This document shows, in pieces, positions 28,980-45,447 of a DNA stretch of 64,000 bases. The notes below the pieces were generated by a model. The model had not been told where the DNA came from, did no database searches, and saw nothing but the letters and a program-made list of their open reading frames with translations. Position 1 is the first letter of the stretch, and every line of letters begins with the position of its first letter. The translations under genes and the position numbers were made by a program. Origin of the DNA: Eledone cirrhosa (Eukaryota); the NCBI GenBank assembly GCA_964016885.1, contig OZ024746.1, forward strand, positions 37,448,001 to 37,512,000, written 5' to 3'.

Positions 28980-29345
28980 CACTGTAACCATACCCCAGAA
29001 CACATTATATTTCGTTGTCTTATATGAAAAACTGTACCTACACCCCATTACCACTTCGACTCGATTCTGTATATTATTTTAAACACTCTGATAAAAGAAC
29101 TGCAACGGCCCTTGCTATTAAGGTGTGGTAATTCAAAGATAATAACATCCCGTACTCTATCGATTGGTCTATTTTAGACCTTTCGAGGGAATACCAAAGG
29201 GGCACAAAGAATTGTTCTTTGTGTACCACTGAAACATTTAGAATTCTACAGAATTTGAAAGCCACTTCAACTTGCCTTAACTCCAAGACCGAGATCTTCA
29301 GATGTTGTCCTCACCTGAAATCACATCTGCTCTGTAACAGGATTG
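28980..29345 (+). mobile_element. Naiad-type PLE GIY-YIG C-terminal fragment
   Basis: LAIKVW*FKDNNIPYSIDWSILDLSREYQRGTKNCSLCTTETFRIL...CLNSKTEIFRCCPH parallels the end of the 3250-5230 element. Confidence 0.8.
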
Positions 29346-29639
29346 ACATTCCTACGATGACTCAACCACCTTGAACTCCTTCTTTGCTACGATGAATTAA
29401 CCACGTTGAACTTCTTCTTTGCTCTTAACGCCTTACATCTACTACGACTTTTATTACTCTCTGAAATCACTTTTGTACCCTTATTTATTCTTTCTCCCTT
29501 ATCTCCTCTTATTTTTCAACTTTTTCTTATGTTATTTATTTTCCTTATTCCCACCTACTCTCTACCTCACCCTTTACATACGCACCCCTTTTGATTTTTA
29601 GATATTAATTTTACGTGTATGTATGTTGTCGTGTATATG

Positions 29640-31489
<1,850 letters not shown>

Positions 31490-31496
<7 letters not shown>

Positions 31497-32770
31497 TAAA
31501 ATAACAGATTAAAGTTTAAGCAAGGAATCGCTGATTTCAACCTTAACGGGATCTTCTGAAACTAACAAATCAATCTGTAAACGCAGAAGTGGATATTTCA
31601 AAAAACGTCGCAACCGGAGGAAGACAGGAAGACGATACTTTGGTTCGTGGAAACGTTCGCTGGCAAAGAACGGGAACAAATGAATATAATACGTCATTAA
31701 TAGGAGCGGTGAAAAACAATTACGCGCAAAGACAGAACCACGTTTATGGTATAAAAGAGGTCGTAGACTACTGTTCTCTTAGGTGGTTCATAGAGACGTT
31801 CTCTGGCAATGAACGAAAAAAACTAAGATAATACGTCATATGTGGAGCGTGGAGAACAATAGCACGCAAAGTCAAAACCACGTAAATGGTATAGCAGAAG
31901 TCGTAGACTAAAATTCTAACTAGGAGACCGAATGAATCTCAGCTTCAGCGTTAAGAACAAAGTAAATAAATACAATACAGAAGTAATAGAAATAAATAAA
32001 TACATACACGCAAACAAATACGTACATACACAAGCATACGCAAATACTTACCATAGGTATACAAAACAACGCTCATATAAATAGGTGTGTGTGTGTGTAT
32101 GCGTGTATACTAATAAATAAATAATTATCTAAACGTATATAAATATATAAATACGTATATAACAAGCGCACACACATACCTACATGTAAATACACGAATG
32201 ATCAGAGACGTAAGTCCACCAAAACAGGAAGTACACATATACACACACCTTACAGACGTACGAACCTGCATACTCACACAGACGCAAAACTCCCGTATAC
32301 ACATAGCCAAACCATATGTACCAGAATATATAAAATTATACGCCATAACATAAACAATCAAATATACGTACGAGAAGGTAGCCGTACCTTCACAAAACAT
32401 ACGGGTAGTATATACTTACCTATGCAAATAAGTAATAGTATAAACAAAACATATACTCAAAACATATACTTAGGCCCCACATGAAGACGTAAAATATCCA
32501 CGTATAGATCGTACTATCCGTTAGGGTATAACGTGGGGCTGTAATACAGGAAAGTTTTGTGCAATTTTTGTTTACAAGCCGAAATTGCCTCCGATTTTTT
32601 GTTTAAGATGTGGTCTGTGGCGTAGAGTATTTCCAGGGCCTCAGCGGCGCAGATGTCACATGGTCTTTTATTTCCGTTATAAGATCTAGCCCTAGCTAGG
32701 ATCTCCCAGTGTAACTTATATTGGGTGTGGTTGTCTTTTAGACTCCAGATATATATATAGAATTCACAAG
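31490..32770 (-). mobile_element. 3' part of a Naiad-type PLE: GIY-YIG C-terminus, long 3' region and family A terminal repeat
   Basis: Minus ORF IWSLKDNHTQYKLHWEILARARSYNGNKRPCDICAAEALEIL...NKKSEAISACK. The family A sequence, with its variant HHR (31513-31563), lies downstream on the same strand. Confidence 0.8.
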
Positions 32771-32900
32771 AATGAAAGCAACGTTCAAAGCATTTATTCA
32801 CTTACAATTGTTTCATCCAAACCTAGGCTTGGAGTATTCGGAGCATTTATCAATGTTTGTACACATAATTGACCTCCTTTCCAGCGCAAGAGAGATACAG

Positions 32901-32946
<46 letters not shown>

Positions 32947-33127
32947 ATGTACAGTTGAGTGACATATATTATACTATATTATTTCTGTATAGCAATTCAA
33001 ATTCAAAATCAAAATCAATATTAAAATTCAAATTAAAACAAAATTAAAACAAAATTAAAATACATTCGGCAGTTAACACAGATAATGCAAGAGGATAGTT
33101 TGTTAGTCAGATGTAGTAGTTGGTGTA

Positions 33128-33712
33128 TGCGTTAGTTACACGTGGGGCATGCATGTGTGTCTCATATATATATAATTATTGTGTGGCAGGGTGTTACATG
33201 TAATACAAGCACTTTAAGTGGGTAAGTAAGAGTATTATGGTGGTTGTAGTGGTAAGGGATTTTTTGTATATAATAAAAAAGTATGTGTGCAGAATTACAC
33301 ACTTACTTCCGAATAATAAACCGCTGTAAATTCTCGCAGCAGAATCAACCCATTCTATAAATTTGGATTAAATAACACTGAGCCGCAATAAGCTAAAATA
33401 ATTTAATTTAATGCATCAAACATCCAATATAAATCATCGTTACTTATGTGATGGATGTAAAAACTATATTTATTTTCCTGAATGTGAAAATATGGTGGAT
33501 ACGAAAACCATAACTTTCTTTTGCTTCTCCTTTTTATTTTTATTTTTCTGCACACATACTTTTTTATTATGTACAAAACATATCTTAACACTACAACCAC
33601 CATAATACTCTTACTTACCCGCTTAAAGTGCTTGTATTACATGTAACACCCTGCCACACAATAATCATATATAAATGGGACACACTTGCATGCCCCATCT
33701 ATGACTAACGCA
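33128..33712. repeat. Inverted repeat pair (~165 bp arms, ~250 bp spacer)
   Basis: About 33128-33293 is the reverse complement of about 33546-33712. Confidence 0.8.
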
Positions 33713-33744
33713 AAATGGCCGGACCTCTATATCATATATATATA

Positions 33745-35040
33745 TTTGGTCGTTTTCGAAGCCTCAACAATGCAGATGGGTAAATCTCTGGGTAACAGAA
33801 TCCGGTGGTGAGGAGAGAGATATAAGAGGAAATGTAGAATGAGACGTATAGTGTGTAGAGGAGCGTAGAGAAGAGCGTAACAATAAAAATAATCTCTTGG
33901 GAGAGATTTAATTGTCCCTATTTTTTTGGATTTCGCATCCATCAACTGTGGAGTTTTCCGATGGCGAAAGTTATCTGTCGGAGGGGAACGGCACGTAACC
34001 TTTGTTGTCCGCCATTTGTGTGCAACTGAGATATTCTGTAGAGCGCACGTGCGAGCGGAATAGGTGCGTTCAAGCAAAGGTCGGGGCAGTTTATCTTTAC
34101 TATGGGAGTAGGATGGTGCTTCGCTGTCAATCCATTATACTACCTATATTCAGTCTTTGATACTGGGAGTCTTGGTAGTCTGTCTGGTTGTCGCTTGTTG
34201 GTCGGTGGATGGTGGGCGTGCTATACACACAATAACAATCATTCGAATGCCACTGTTTGGGTGTGCCTGTGCTGTTGTCTCGTTTGTTTACACCAGCCAC
34301 CTCGTCTCGCTTTTCTCGGATCAGTTATTTATTTGTGATCCTAGGCGTTTGAACCAAAATGCTTCCTTGATTCGTCACGTGCCGAAATTGCGTTCTGTCG
34401 CTAGTACTGTGACAATGGCCCTTCCGTCTTTGTTTCCGCATTTGGCTAAGTGTTTCCGGGAAGACGAGGCCCTGGTGTTGATGTGCTCCTTGATCCGGAT
34501 ATTTAGTGGCCGGATTGTGCTATCGAGATAGTAGTGATTGCACTTGTGACTTTCTACCTTGTATACAACGTATGTGCGTAAGCAACAGTTCGTATGGCGC
34601 ATCGTACAGTTTCTGAGGGAACACGTGTCAGTCGATATCCCGGATTTCCTAGAGGGGCATATCCCATAGTAAAGAGGAACTGCCTCGACCTTTGCTTGAC
34701 CGCACCTATACCGTCCGCACGCCGCTCTACAGAATATCTCAGTTGCACACAAACGTCGGACAATAGAGGCCACGAACCGTTCCTTTCCGACAGATAACTT
34801 TCCCCCACGCAAAACCCCCGAGTTGATGGATGCGAAATCCGAAATATAGCGACAATTAAATCTAACCCAAGGTAATTCTATCTCGTGTTATTATTATTTT
34901 TTTTCGCTCTTCCCTACGTCCCTCTACACACTATATGTCTCATTCTACATTTCCTCTTACATCTTTCTCTTCACCACCGGATTCTGTCACCCGGAGATTT
35001 ACCCATCTGCATTGTTGAGGTTTCTAAAACGGCCAAATGT
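33745..35040 (-). mobile_element. PLE 3' fragment (GIY-YIG) with long inverted terminal repeats
   Basis: Minus strand reads CCLRTYVVYKVESHKCNHYYLDSTIRPLNIRIKEH...RIKEA...INN. About 33745-34115 is inverted at about 34655-35040. Confidence 0.8.
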
Positions 35041-35353
35041 TTTATTATTCCACAGTGCTCCAAGCAAACCCCAATACTCTCATATATATATACATATATA
35101 AACATATGTGTTTTATATATAAACACACAAACACAAACACACACACCATTTATATATCCTTTTACCTGTTATTACTCCCCAACATCTGCTGATCACGGAA
35201 CTTTCAGAAATGTGCCCTCCTAAAAACCTAAGTAAGCATTTGTTGAGTCAACTAGCACCGTACCCTAAAATATTCCTCGGTACACATTACTCGTAACCTG
35301 AGCTTAGGTATCCTTAAAGGATATCTCGTTTACTTAGATATATAAATATATAC

Positions 35354-35940
35354 TGTTATACTTTGGGAGGGTCATGTTGCCAATAGGAAACACACGCACC
35401 AGATACTTTCACTTCAATTTATTATAATAAATTTATAAATTTAGGAATTTATAAATTTCCGGTTGGTTGGTTGGTTCCACAACCAGATGGTTGTTTATAT
35501 ATTGTCAAACTTCTTTCGTCACACATTCTGTGACCTGTTCAGTGACTGGGGATTCTTTTCTTTGTCTTTGTGCCTCTCCTTTGTTCTGACCTACGCCATT
35601 TTTGTTTCTCATTTTGTAGAGAAACAAAATGGCGTAGGACAGAACAAAGGAGAGGCACAAAGACAAAGAAAAGAATCCCCAGTCACTGAAGAGGTCACAT
35701 AATGTGTGACGAAAGAACTTTGACAATATATTATCAACTATCTGGTTGTGGAACCAACCAACCAACCAACCGGAAATTTATAAATTCCTAAATTTATAAG
35801 TTTATTATAATAAATTGAAGTGAAAGTATCTGGTGCGTGTGTTTCTTATTGGCAACATGACCCTCCCAAAGTATGACAATATCGGTTTCAACACACGTTT
35901 TCAGATAAAGAATCTTGCTAAACAAATTCAGAAACGAAAT
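35354..35940. mobile_element. Family B pLTR foldback (head-to-head dimer)
   Basis: 35354-35612 is the reverse complement of about 35618-35880. Confidence 0.85.
35682..35724 (+). ncRNA. Minimal type-I hammerhead ribozyme, family B
   Basis: gtca-CTGAAGA-ggtcacataatgtgtgac-GAAA-gaac-TT-tgac. Confidence 0.7.
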
Positions 35941-36799
35941 ATAAATATATATATATACATATATACAAATATATATTTCAAATATATGATAGATATAGAT
36001 ACACGCATTTTTGTTTGTCAGGGTCAGGTAACATCTCTGTAGAAATACAAATCAAACGCATATTATTATAGAAAGATATATCAGCTACTCAGCTGTATTG
36101 TGTGTGCCAAAAACCACTGGATTTAGTATCGTTTAACTGGGTATACAGACTGTTGAGTACGATTGTAATATACGGTATTCGTTGAATTTCTAAGAAGCAT
36201 TTCAAAATGCATTAATCTTTTACTATTTATTGCATTTTAGTATAGTTAATTTTTATTTAATCTCTTTTTTAATTATCTATTCTTTTATAATGTAAAGCTT
36301 TAAATGTGTTTATGTTTAATCTTGATTTTTATTAAAATGTTTTAAATTTCCATGGTCTTTAATTAATCAGTCATATTCTGCTATTCATATTACTTTATAT
36401 CTTCTTTATATTTTATGGTATTTTTAACGAAGTTTCTTTAAACCAATAATAATATGACGGTGTCATATGGAAGGCAAATTCACAAGCCGTTATTAATTTT
36501 GACATCCATTTATCCATAATTTAATGCAATGCACAGAATACTTGAAAAACAAATTAACAATGTTTTGATTGTATAAATAGGGATGTGACATCCGGTCAGA
36601 AATGTATTCCATATCCTTAATTGCTAAAACAAATTTTAATTTCATAATTTCATTTTTATATACGAAGATATGGTAGATGATCGTGTGTATAAGGTTATAA
36701 TAAAATGTAAGTGATGAATTCCGATAAAATGTATTTATCCCTCTATCCTAGTTTATAAACACATGATGAATATTTAATATTTTTTTTTTTTATTTATAG

Positions 36800-37121
36800 A
36801 CACCATGGGCAATTCTATTCATTCAAATGGAGGTCATACGTCTGTGTGTTTGTGTTACATTATGCGTTACAACCCAAATAACATGATTCACCCTTACAAG
36901 GGTATGTACACACAATGTGTTTTCCCTCTAGCTACTGATTGATATACCGGACTTTCATGCTTGAAAAGTATTTGAACATATGCTTTCTTGGTTGTGGAAA
37001 GAACTGAACATAAGCATATTTCGCCAAAAGAATGGTTATTCAAGTTATCAACTATAATTGTAAAATATGTTTTTCAACAGAAAATGTCCTGACTGAAGTT
37101 GCAAGAGTCATGGGCATATGA
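36800..37121 (+). other. Putative pair of spliced exons (36800-36901 and 37081 onward) encoding a 45-aa ORF of unknown function
   Basis: Polypyrimidine+AG at 36799, G|GTATGT donor at 36901/36902 and tttttcaacag acceptor at 37080. Phases are compatible, and the ATG context is ACCATGG. No recognised homology. Confidence 0.3.
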
Positions 37122-38514
37122 TTGCGCAAAGCCAGCATTAATTAAACAGTTGTATGAGCAGAGTTGTTTTGTTGCTTTGCTCATAATCAATCCTTCCTAA
37201 GCAGTGTATATATAGGATTTAATGCAATATATGTTCTACAATTTCAAATTATTGGTTGAAATTGCTTAACATTTGGGAGTAACAGTGCATATAAAAGCAT
37301 CACCGTTGTTAGGGCACGAATCAAAGTGACTATGATGTTCACACCGACGAAAGATTGTATTGTAGGAGAGGCCGATTAAAGCAAGTATCTAAGACATTAA
37401 GATTTGAGGAAGATCGTCAGTTGACGTCTCAATTATTGTGATTTACATTGCTTTTGCAATCTTTGTTTCACCTAGTCAATACATACGGAAGGATTAGCCA
37501 AAAATTAATTATTTACAATAATTTACTTGGAATACAGTTATATCTTAAAGTGTTGATTTATGAATATGAATAGAAAACATGTATTTAATATTTCTCTGTG
37601 AACTAAATCTAGTCGTTTTAATTCAACATTTGGTTTTTGACTTATACGACAATATATATATTCATGTGTACTTTCACTATTTTTTTCTGTTATTTGTTAT
37701 TAAATGTTATCTTTAAAGTTTTCTGATTATTGAAATTAAAATAATCTAACCTGAACAATTTTGTAGCTTATATTAAAACAACATATCATTTGATTACTCT
37801 TGTTTAAATATGTGTAGTCGACGTGATATTTGTTCCTACGAAATAATTTATCACTACCTGTACATATATTACGTTTAACATGCGTTTTAGGTAGTGCATG
37901 ATGTAATTTGCTTAAGTTAATTACATATTGTGATCTATTGTAATGATCATCTGTAATTATCTTGCACAGTGAGATATTTAAAATAATAGCCACGTTTTTT
38001 GTAAGAGTATTTACCTTCTATTATATATATATATATATATATATCACGATAAATTAACGGAGCCATAGGTCCTCGCCATTCCCTGTAAATAATGTGCTCA
38101 AAGGAGAAGAGATCATGAGTTCTTTGAAATACAATATGTTGAAAAGGTAACACACCAGAGAGAGATATACAGTGCGCTATCAATAAGACAGGGGAAAACC
38201 ACCAGTGTATGGAATATATAACCTATGAAAGGCAGACTATAGACACGATAATTAAAAATATAAATTAAAGCGTAAATAAATACCTCTATAACTATATAAC
38301 ACACGTACAAATCCAAAGAGATGTTTCGCCAGTACTTTGTTGACAGAAATGGAATAACCTCTATGCATCAGCGTGTGTAAGGGTATACATTTCAGACAAC
38401 ACTAAGAGAATTTAAAAAGTCACTGTCCAGCTACACGTGGGAGAGAAAAGTCACAGCGTGTTTAAGGGCAGTGAACCACTGGCCTCTGAGGGACGAACTA
38501 CTAGAAAGGGCAGA

Positions 38515-38625
<111 letters not shown>

Positions 38626-38673
38626 GCACAAAACCACAAACAATAATTTGTAATCTGTGTCTATAATAAAACC

Positions 38674-38728
<55 letters not shown>

Positions 38729-39345
38729 TATAGACAGATATTAGGAATTATTGTATGCGGTTTTCAGAATATTAGAGTTAATATTATCACCATTAAAACT
38801 TGTGCAGTTATATATTGAGTGAAATTCTGGACAAATGAATTTGAAATAACATATCCTTATCTTCTGATTTGAAAGAAAATCGCTTCATCATGTGCCTATT
38901 TTTTTTTACCGGAGTTTACGATGAAAAAGATTGTGTACCTCAGGTTACAATTGTTCCTGATAACTAAATAGGATATACAAAACGGCATAATAATTTCATG
39001 AGGTGGATCTCTATTTAAATATGTTTGTTATGAACTCGTGGTAAATCAGTAAATGTATTTATATATTCATTCAAGTATTGTAGAGTACAAATAAAAATAT
39101 ATTTATATTATATATACCACAAGGTCAAATAATATAAGCGTATCATAATTATATGCTGAAAATTAAGTTTATATATACTGATTCGTAAAGAATGGTGTCC
39201 AAGACCTACGCAGACTGGTTGATAATATTTGCATTAAAAGAGGGACAATAAACAGTGGTCTGGTAACAAGTAATGTTGATTGGCAGACTGACGTGAAGTT
39301 GGGGTATAGATGTAGCTAATAAAAGAGTTTATTATTATGTATGTG

Positions 39346-39540
39346 GGGCGGTGGATGGCAGTATCAATAGAGGGTCTGACGCCATGCTTTGCAGCAAAGA
39401 GTTACAGCCCTTACCATTCTGAGTTCAAATCCCGCCGAGATTAACTTTGCCTTTCATCCTTACGGGGTCGATAAAATAAAGTACCAGTAATTCACTGGAA
39501 TAATTGCTGGCCTTGTGCCAAAGGTAGAAACAATTATTAT
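39346..39540 (+). mobile_element. Nin-domain tRNA-derived SINE, near full length
   Basis: ggcggtggatggcagtatcaatagag...gagttcaaatcccgccgag...tcatccttacggggtcgataaaataaagtaccag...gtagaaacaattattat. Confidence 0.9.
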
Positions 39541-40685
39541 GTCTGTGGGATAATAAAAGGTTTTTGAAAGGTTGAATAATGTAAGGTACATGATGTAACA
39601 TCATATAGAAATATGAAATGTAACACAAGGATTGAAATAACTCTAACATGAATAGCATTTAAAAGAATCACAGAAACTTCAAATCAAATACCAAGTAAAA
39701 TGAATAAAACATAAAAATGTCCTAGAATTATAGTAAATGGGATCATGTGGGAAAAAGTAGAAAATATATAAGGGAAGATAAAAGACTAATGGATAGGAAC
39801 GGTTACGTTGAAAACATAGAAGTAAGACAAAGGTTAATGTTGAACAGTTAGTAATGTAATGAATTTGAAAAAGTAACTGAAGTAATTACAGTAATTAAAG
39901 TAACGAAATTAATTAAAGTAATATGGGATGGCTAGGATTTTTGAGAGACGTAATGCTCAATGGGATTCTTGTGAAAGGTGATATCAATGACAATGTTATA
40001 AAAGTGTATCCCGATTAATAAGTCGTGGTAGGGGTGGGGAGGATTAACTATGCTGGAGAGATAAACTGTGAAATACACAAACTATTATATTTACAGAGAT
40101 TCGTTTCTCAGTAACTTGATATTAGTCGAATGGAAAAATGTTCCTATCTGTTAAGAAAATAAATAAGTCATGCATATATATGTTTGCGGGTGCGTGCGTG
40201 CTGATGAATCAAAAATATTGACGAAGACAGGAAAATGAACGAATACAGGCACTATTCCATCAATACAGACGAAACCTGGAGATACGTTGTTTCGCTACTT
40301 TAAGGGTAATATCACTGGCTTAAGTGTACAACGGATAGTAATACATGGACACGATAGTTTTTATGGCTATTTAAAATAATACATGTAATGATTTTCTTTT
40401 ACCCAAGATTATGTGGATCAACAAGAGGACATTTTCCGAGCGTGCATTTTCCGACGTAGAAGCTATCCAGTGGCGTGTAACGACGAACTTGCGGATAATT
40501 CCGGAAGAATCTTTCCAGGAGCGCATGGAGACGTGACGGAGAAAAATCGGAAAGATTGTAGATTGTAGTTTGGATTTGAAATATATTTTTTGCGACGCCA
40601 ATCCAGTCTCCTGTTCATCTGATGAACATCGTATATACCCCCACACAAACCCCACACCCCACACACACATACAGAAACAAACCCA

Positions 40686-40741
<56 letters not shown>

Positions 40742-40748
40742 CATATAC

Positions 40749-40867
<119 letters not shown>

Positions 40868-41949
40868 TACATACATATATATATATATATGGTTATCGAT
40901 TATATGTTTCGGTTGTTGTGTTTATAACATTGTCTGAACCCTGTTGACCGATACAGTTCCCAAGACTTACAGTGGAATCAAGCTAGTAAATATGTCATGA
41001 GTTGGTCACAAGATATTTGCCACCAGAAAATAAATGATATATATAAAGTTATCAGATTTATGTTTTTAAATTACTGAAATAATACTGTCATGCAGTAATA
41101 GTATTAATTTCAACACAGAGTATCTTATCACTTCTTTTACCAGACACGTAAAACTCAGAAAATCAAAGATATAGGGATTCAATGTAAACTCGAACTTTTG
41201 ATATTTTCCATATGTTCAAGTGACAGTTTCTTATCGAATAAAAGTTTCATATTACAATGCAGATAATACACGTATATTTCACATAGTGATAAACAATTTC
41301 GCACCTATTCAATAGATGTATTATCACAAAAGATTATCTCTAGCGATCCACATTGCAATGGTACTTTATTATTCAATATCTTAATACGTGTTCTGGGTGT
41401 AAATGCAACTACTGTTATATATCATAATCAATTAATTTACTATATACTTTCGTATATTCACTCTGCTTCAATTATCATTTCTCTTCTCCTGTGATTGCAT
41501 TCAATTATGTACGCTGAAACTGCTGCAAAATGTACGGCTACATATGGAAAATAGACTTACATTTATGCTGCACATAGATCGTAAAATCATTGGCGAACGA
41601 ACATGTTTGTGAGCATGCAAAACAATACATAATTTCGATTGTATCAATTTCTTATCAACTTTCCTATCATCTTTTCCATCCCCAAATCAGGTGCAAAATA
41701 GATGTCTCTTGTTATATGATTTCAATAACCACTGCAAAATGTTGCCATGCCAACCTTCAATTGGCCTACTGATATGTCATATTTAGACAGATTTTGAGGT
41801 ATATATTTCAGTTTGAGTCGATCCCCATCATAGTTGTTGGTTAATTCTATGCCATGGCTTTAGTGACTTTCCAGAAACCAACTTCACCTGGTATACACAA
41901 AGCAGCCTGCGAATACCGTTTTATTTAAAATCTAATTTCGCACTTCCCA

Positions 41950-42327
41950 GATGACATGCGATATTTAAGGTCTGAGATGTATCAGCCTCCATGAGGTTAT
42001 TCTTTCTCCTTTATGGATCTCAAGTATATCATAATTCGTTGTTCGGAGCATATTTAGCGGAAATCAGCAAGATATGTGTGGGTATGTATATATATATTTA
42101 TATATGTATATAAAGAATTAATATCTAGTAACATATATATACATACAGATGCATATCAATGCTAGCAAATATATAGGTTTTGTCTTAGTAACATTGTGGT
42201 TCAATGTATGGGGTTGCAGAACAATAATATGAGAGACGTAAAATAAGAAAATTATAAAATTAACTTACTTACTAAAATATTTTAGTAAGTAAGTTAATTT
42301 TATAATTTTCTTATTTTACGTCTCTCA

Positions 42328-42378
<51 letters not shown>

Positions 42379-42553
42379 GTGTATATATATATATATCCAT
42401 ATATATATATATGTATATATACATACACACACGTATCTTACTGATTTCTGCTAAATAGGCTCCGAACAACGAATTATGATATACTTGAGATTCATAAAGG
42501 AGAAAGACTAACCTCATGGAGGCTGAGTCATCTCAGACCTTAAATATCGGATG

Positions 42554-42557
<4 letters not shown>
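41950..42557. repeat. Nested inverted repeats (outer ~135 bp arms; inner ~100 bp palindrome at 42227-42330)
   Basis: About 41950-42085 is the reverse complement of about 42420-42557. The inner palindrome is centred on actaaaatattttagt-like sequence near 42278. Confidence 0.8.
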
Positions 42558-42614
<57 letters not shown>

Positions 42615-42646
42615 TATATATATATATAGACATATTTATCAATCAC

Positions 42647-42734
42647 CATTGAGCCTTTCGTCATACCGGTAACCGGCTAGTACTTAGTACTACCCTACAT
42701 ATTTATAGTTATATCAAACATATATAATATATAA

Positions 42735-42790
<56 letters not shown>

Positions 42791-43458
42791 ATAATTGTTT
42801 CTACTTTAGGCACAAGGCCAGCAATTACCCAGTTAATTACTGGTACTTTATTTTATCGACCCCGTAAGGATGGAAGGCAAAGTCAACCTCGGCGGGATTT
42901 GAACTCAGATCGTAAAGGGACGTAACTATGCTGGAAAGCATGGCGTCCGGCCCTCCACCGATACTGCCAATCCACCGCCTATATATATATAGTAATAATA
43001 ATAAATTTGAAGACTAAAATACAAAGAGGGCTCGATAAGGATAAATATGTATCAAATACATAAGAACCGTAGAGCAAATATTTAATAAAATAACAGATTA
43101 CAGTTTAAGTAAAGAATCGCTGCTTTTACCCTTAACGGGATCTTCTGAAACTCAAGTATATCATAAGTATGTCAGAATATCCCGTTAAGGGTGAAAGCAG
43201 TTATTCTTTACTTAAACTTAAATCTGTTATTTTAATAAATATTTGCTCTACGGTTCGTATGTATTTGATACGTATTTATCCTTATCGAGCCCTCTTTGTA
43301 TTTTAGTCTTCAAATTTATTATTATTACTATATATATACATATATATATATATAGTAATAAGAATATTTATATTATATATGTTGATATAACTATAAATAT
43401 GTAGGGTAGTACTAATACTAAGTACTAGCCGGTCACCGGTATGACGAAAGGCTCAATG
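42647..43458. repeat. Inverted repeat (~88 bp arms) enclosing (TA)n, a SINE and a family A foldback
   Basis: 42647-42733 is the reverse complement of 43368-43458. Inner family A arms are at about 42990-43152 and 43170-43330. Confidence 0.8.
42788..42979 (-). mobile_element. Nin-domain tRNA-derived SINE inserted in (TA)n
   Basis: Reverse complement of the family consensus, essentially full length. Confidence 0.9.
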
Positions 43459-43532
43459 CTAATTGTCATGTATTTTGCAGAGCCGAGATACAAAGTGTTT
43501 TTACGATCAAATTTTAGTTTGGAACATTTATT

Positions 43533-43579
43533 TGCTGACAATTGTTTCTTCTAGAGCGAAGTATGACATCATCGGAGCA
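43533..43579 (-). ncRNA. Variant hammerhead motif (core CCGATGA), family D left arm
   Basis: Minus strand reads tgct-CCGATGA-tgtcatacttcgctctagaa-GAAA-caattg-TC-agca. Confidence 0.6.
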
Positions 43580-44439
43580 TAAGGAATGTCCAAACATGTT
43601 ACTAAAATCCTAGTCATTTAGAATATTTAGGTTACATAATTGTTATTAATGCCAAAAGCATCATGTGGAGAGTCAGGTATTAAAAGGATGTTCTGCTTGA
43701 AAGAACACAATTACAAGCAGCTCTGGCTGGAAGTGTAATAGATATAAGTAAAATCCACAAGCAAAGAAATCACAAGCAAAAAAAGAACAGGCAAAAAAGT
43801 TATAAGCAAGGAAAATTGGTGTATAATGCAGGAGTCAATACAGTCAATAATGCATGTATAAGGAAAGAGTTATAATGCAGTTGAACTAAACATATTTTGT
43901 GTGGGGTCTTAATGCATGCTATAACACCGTGTAACAACATTCTTTTGTTTCTCTGTTCTGGCTTGTAATGACTTTATTGTGTTGCTTAGGTCCCAAATAA
44001 AAAAAAAGTGATATTAAACAGTTAAAATTTTGGGGTTGTATAAATTCTAAGCTATTCACTAGAATTATTTGCATGCAGGATTTTACGTTGTACGTAATTT
44101 AATTTGCTATGTTAAATGATTTTTTTGTATATGTTTCAGGTTAAATAGAAATTATAAAATAAAGAGTAATACCTAAAGAAAATTATAAAAGTGCAATAAA
44201 GTATAAAAGTGGATTAAAGAGATTTATTGATACTGGATTTTCGCACCCTGAATAAAGGGTAAGTTGTGTTTTAAGCATTCGTTTCCAGGATGGAGTAGTG
44301 GAACTTGGTCAAGGAGGAAGTGCTGGAAACAAGTCAGAGAAGTCGACACGAATCTTTCTCAGGGATGGCCTCTGAGGGATGGCCTCTGCTTCTGCCATGA
44401 CGTCCCTGGAGTGTTTGACGTCACTTGGGTGCCGTTTGT

Positions 44440-45291
44440 GCCCAAGGACCGGCGACTATTTATAGACAGCTCGACCACAAGTTGTAGACTGTCCTCCTCT
44501 ACAATGGAAACAAGTTCCCGACACTTCCCCTAGCTCATTCAGTCTGCCTGAAGGAAGATTACTACAGTGTGAAAATCATCTTGGAAACTCTGCATTACAA
44601 CCAGTACAATTGGGAAATCATTGGAGACTTGAAGATGGTGGATTTCCTGCTTGGACTCCAAGGAGGCTTTAACAAATTGCAATGCTTCCTCTGCCTTTGG
44701 GACAGCAGAGCCACCTCTGACCACTACAAAATAAAGAACTGGGAGCAGCGAACAGAATTTGTATTTGGGACCCGCAACGTCATGTGGAAGCCACTGGTTG
44801 ATACCAGGATTGTGCTCATGCCGCCTCTGCACATTAAGTTGGGTTTGATGAAACAGTTTTTGAAGGCTCTCAACCAAGAATCAGCGGCTTTTAAGTACCT
44901 TCTTGATTTCTTCCCCAAGTTATCTGAGGCCAAAATCAAAGGTGGAATCTTTGTTGGACCTCAGAGAAAGAAGGTGTTTTAGTCTACCGAGTTCTCCAAT
45001 AAGCTAAATAGGATTGAGAGAACAGCATGGAACTGTTTCAAGGCAGTTGTTAAGGGATTCCTGGGCAACTACAGAGCTGGAAACTACCAGCAACTGGTGC
45101 AGGATCTGATAAAGGCTCTTGGCGCCATGGGATGCAGTATGTCGCTTAAATTCCATAGGCTGGACGTTCACCTGGCAGAATTCAAGGAGAATATGGGAGC
45201 CTACGCAGAAGAACAAGATGTGAAAGACATAGAGCGGGCGTACAAGGGCCACTACAATGAGAAAATGATTTTACTTGTTTGCTTTAGATAA
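44440..45291 (+). mobile_element. CMC/Chapaev3-type DDE transposase relic (pseudogene)
   Basis: GDLKMVDFLLGLQGGFNKLQCFLCLWDSR, MPPLHIKLGLMKQFLKAL, FPKLSEAKIKGGIFVGPQ, GCSMSLKFH...ENMGAYAEEQ. In-frame stops, and the usual GERFHQ segment appears deleted. Confidence 0.85.
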
Positions 45292-45447
45292 GATTATGTA
45301 ATAAAATAAATAATTATTCTGTTGTTTTAATTATATGAACTGATAAATTTTTAAAAAATGTGTTTTTTCTTGAAGAATATGAACATTTCGAAATATCAAA
45401 CTCCTAACCATAAACCCAAACTTCTGATTAAATAATAGTGTTTTTCT

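Noticed and set aside
39346-39540. tRNA gene suggested by the GAGTTCAAATCCC B-box
   Set aside because: No cloverleaf forms. It is the head of a multi-copy SINE.
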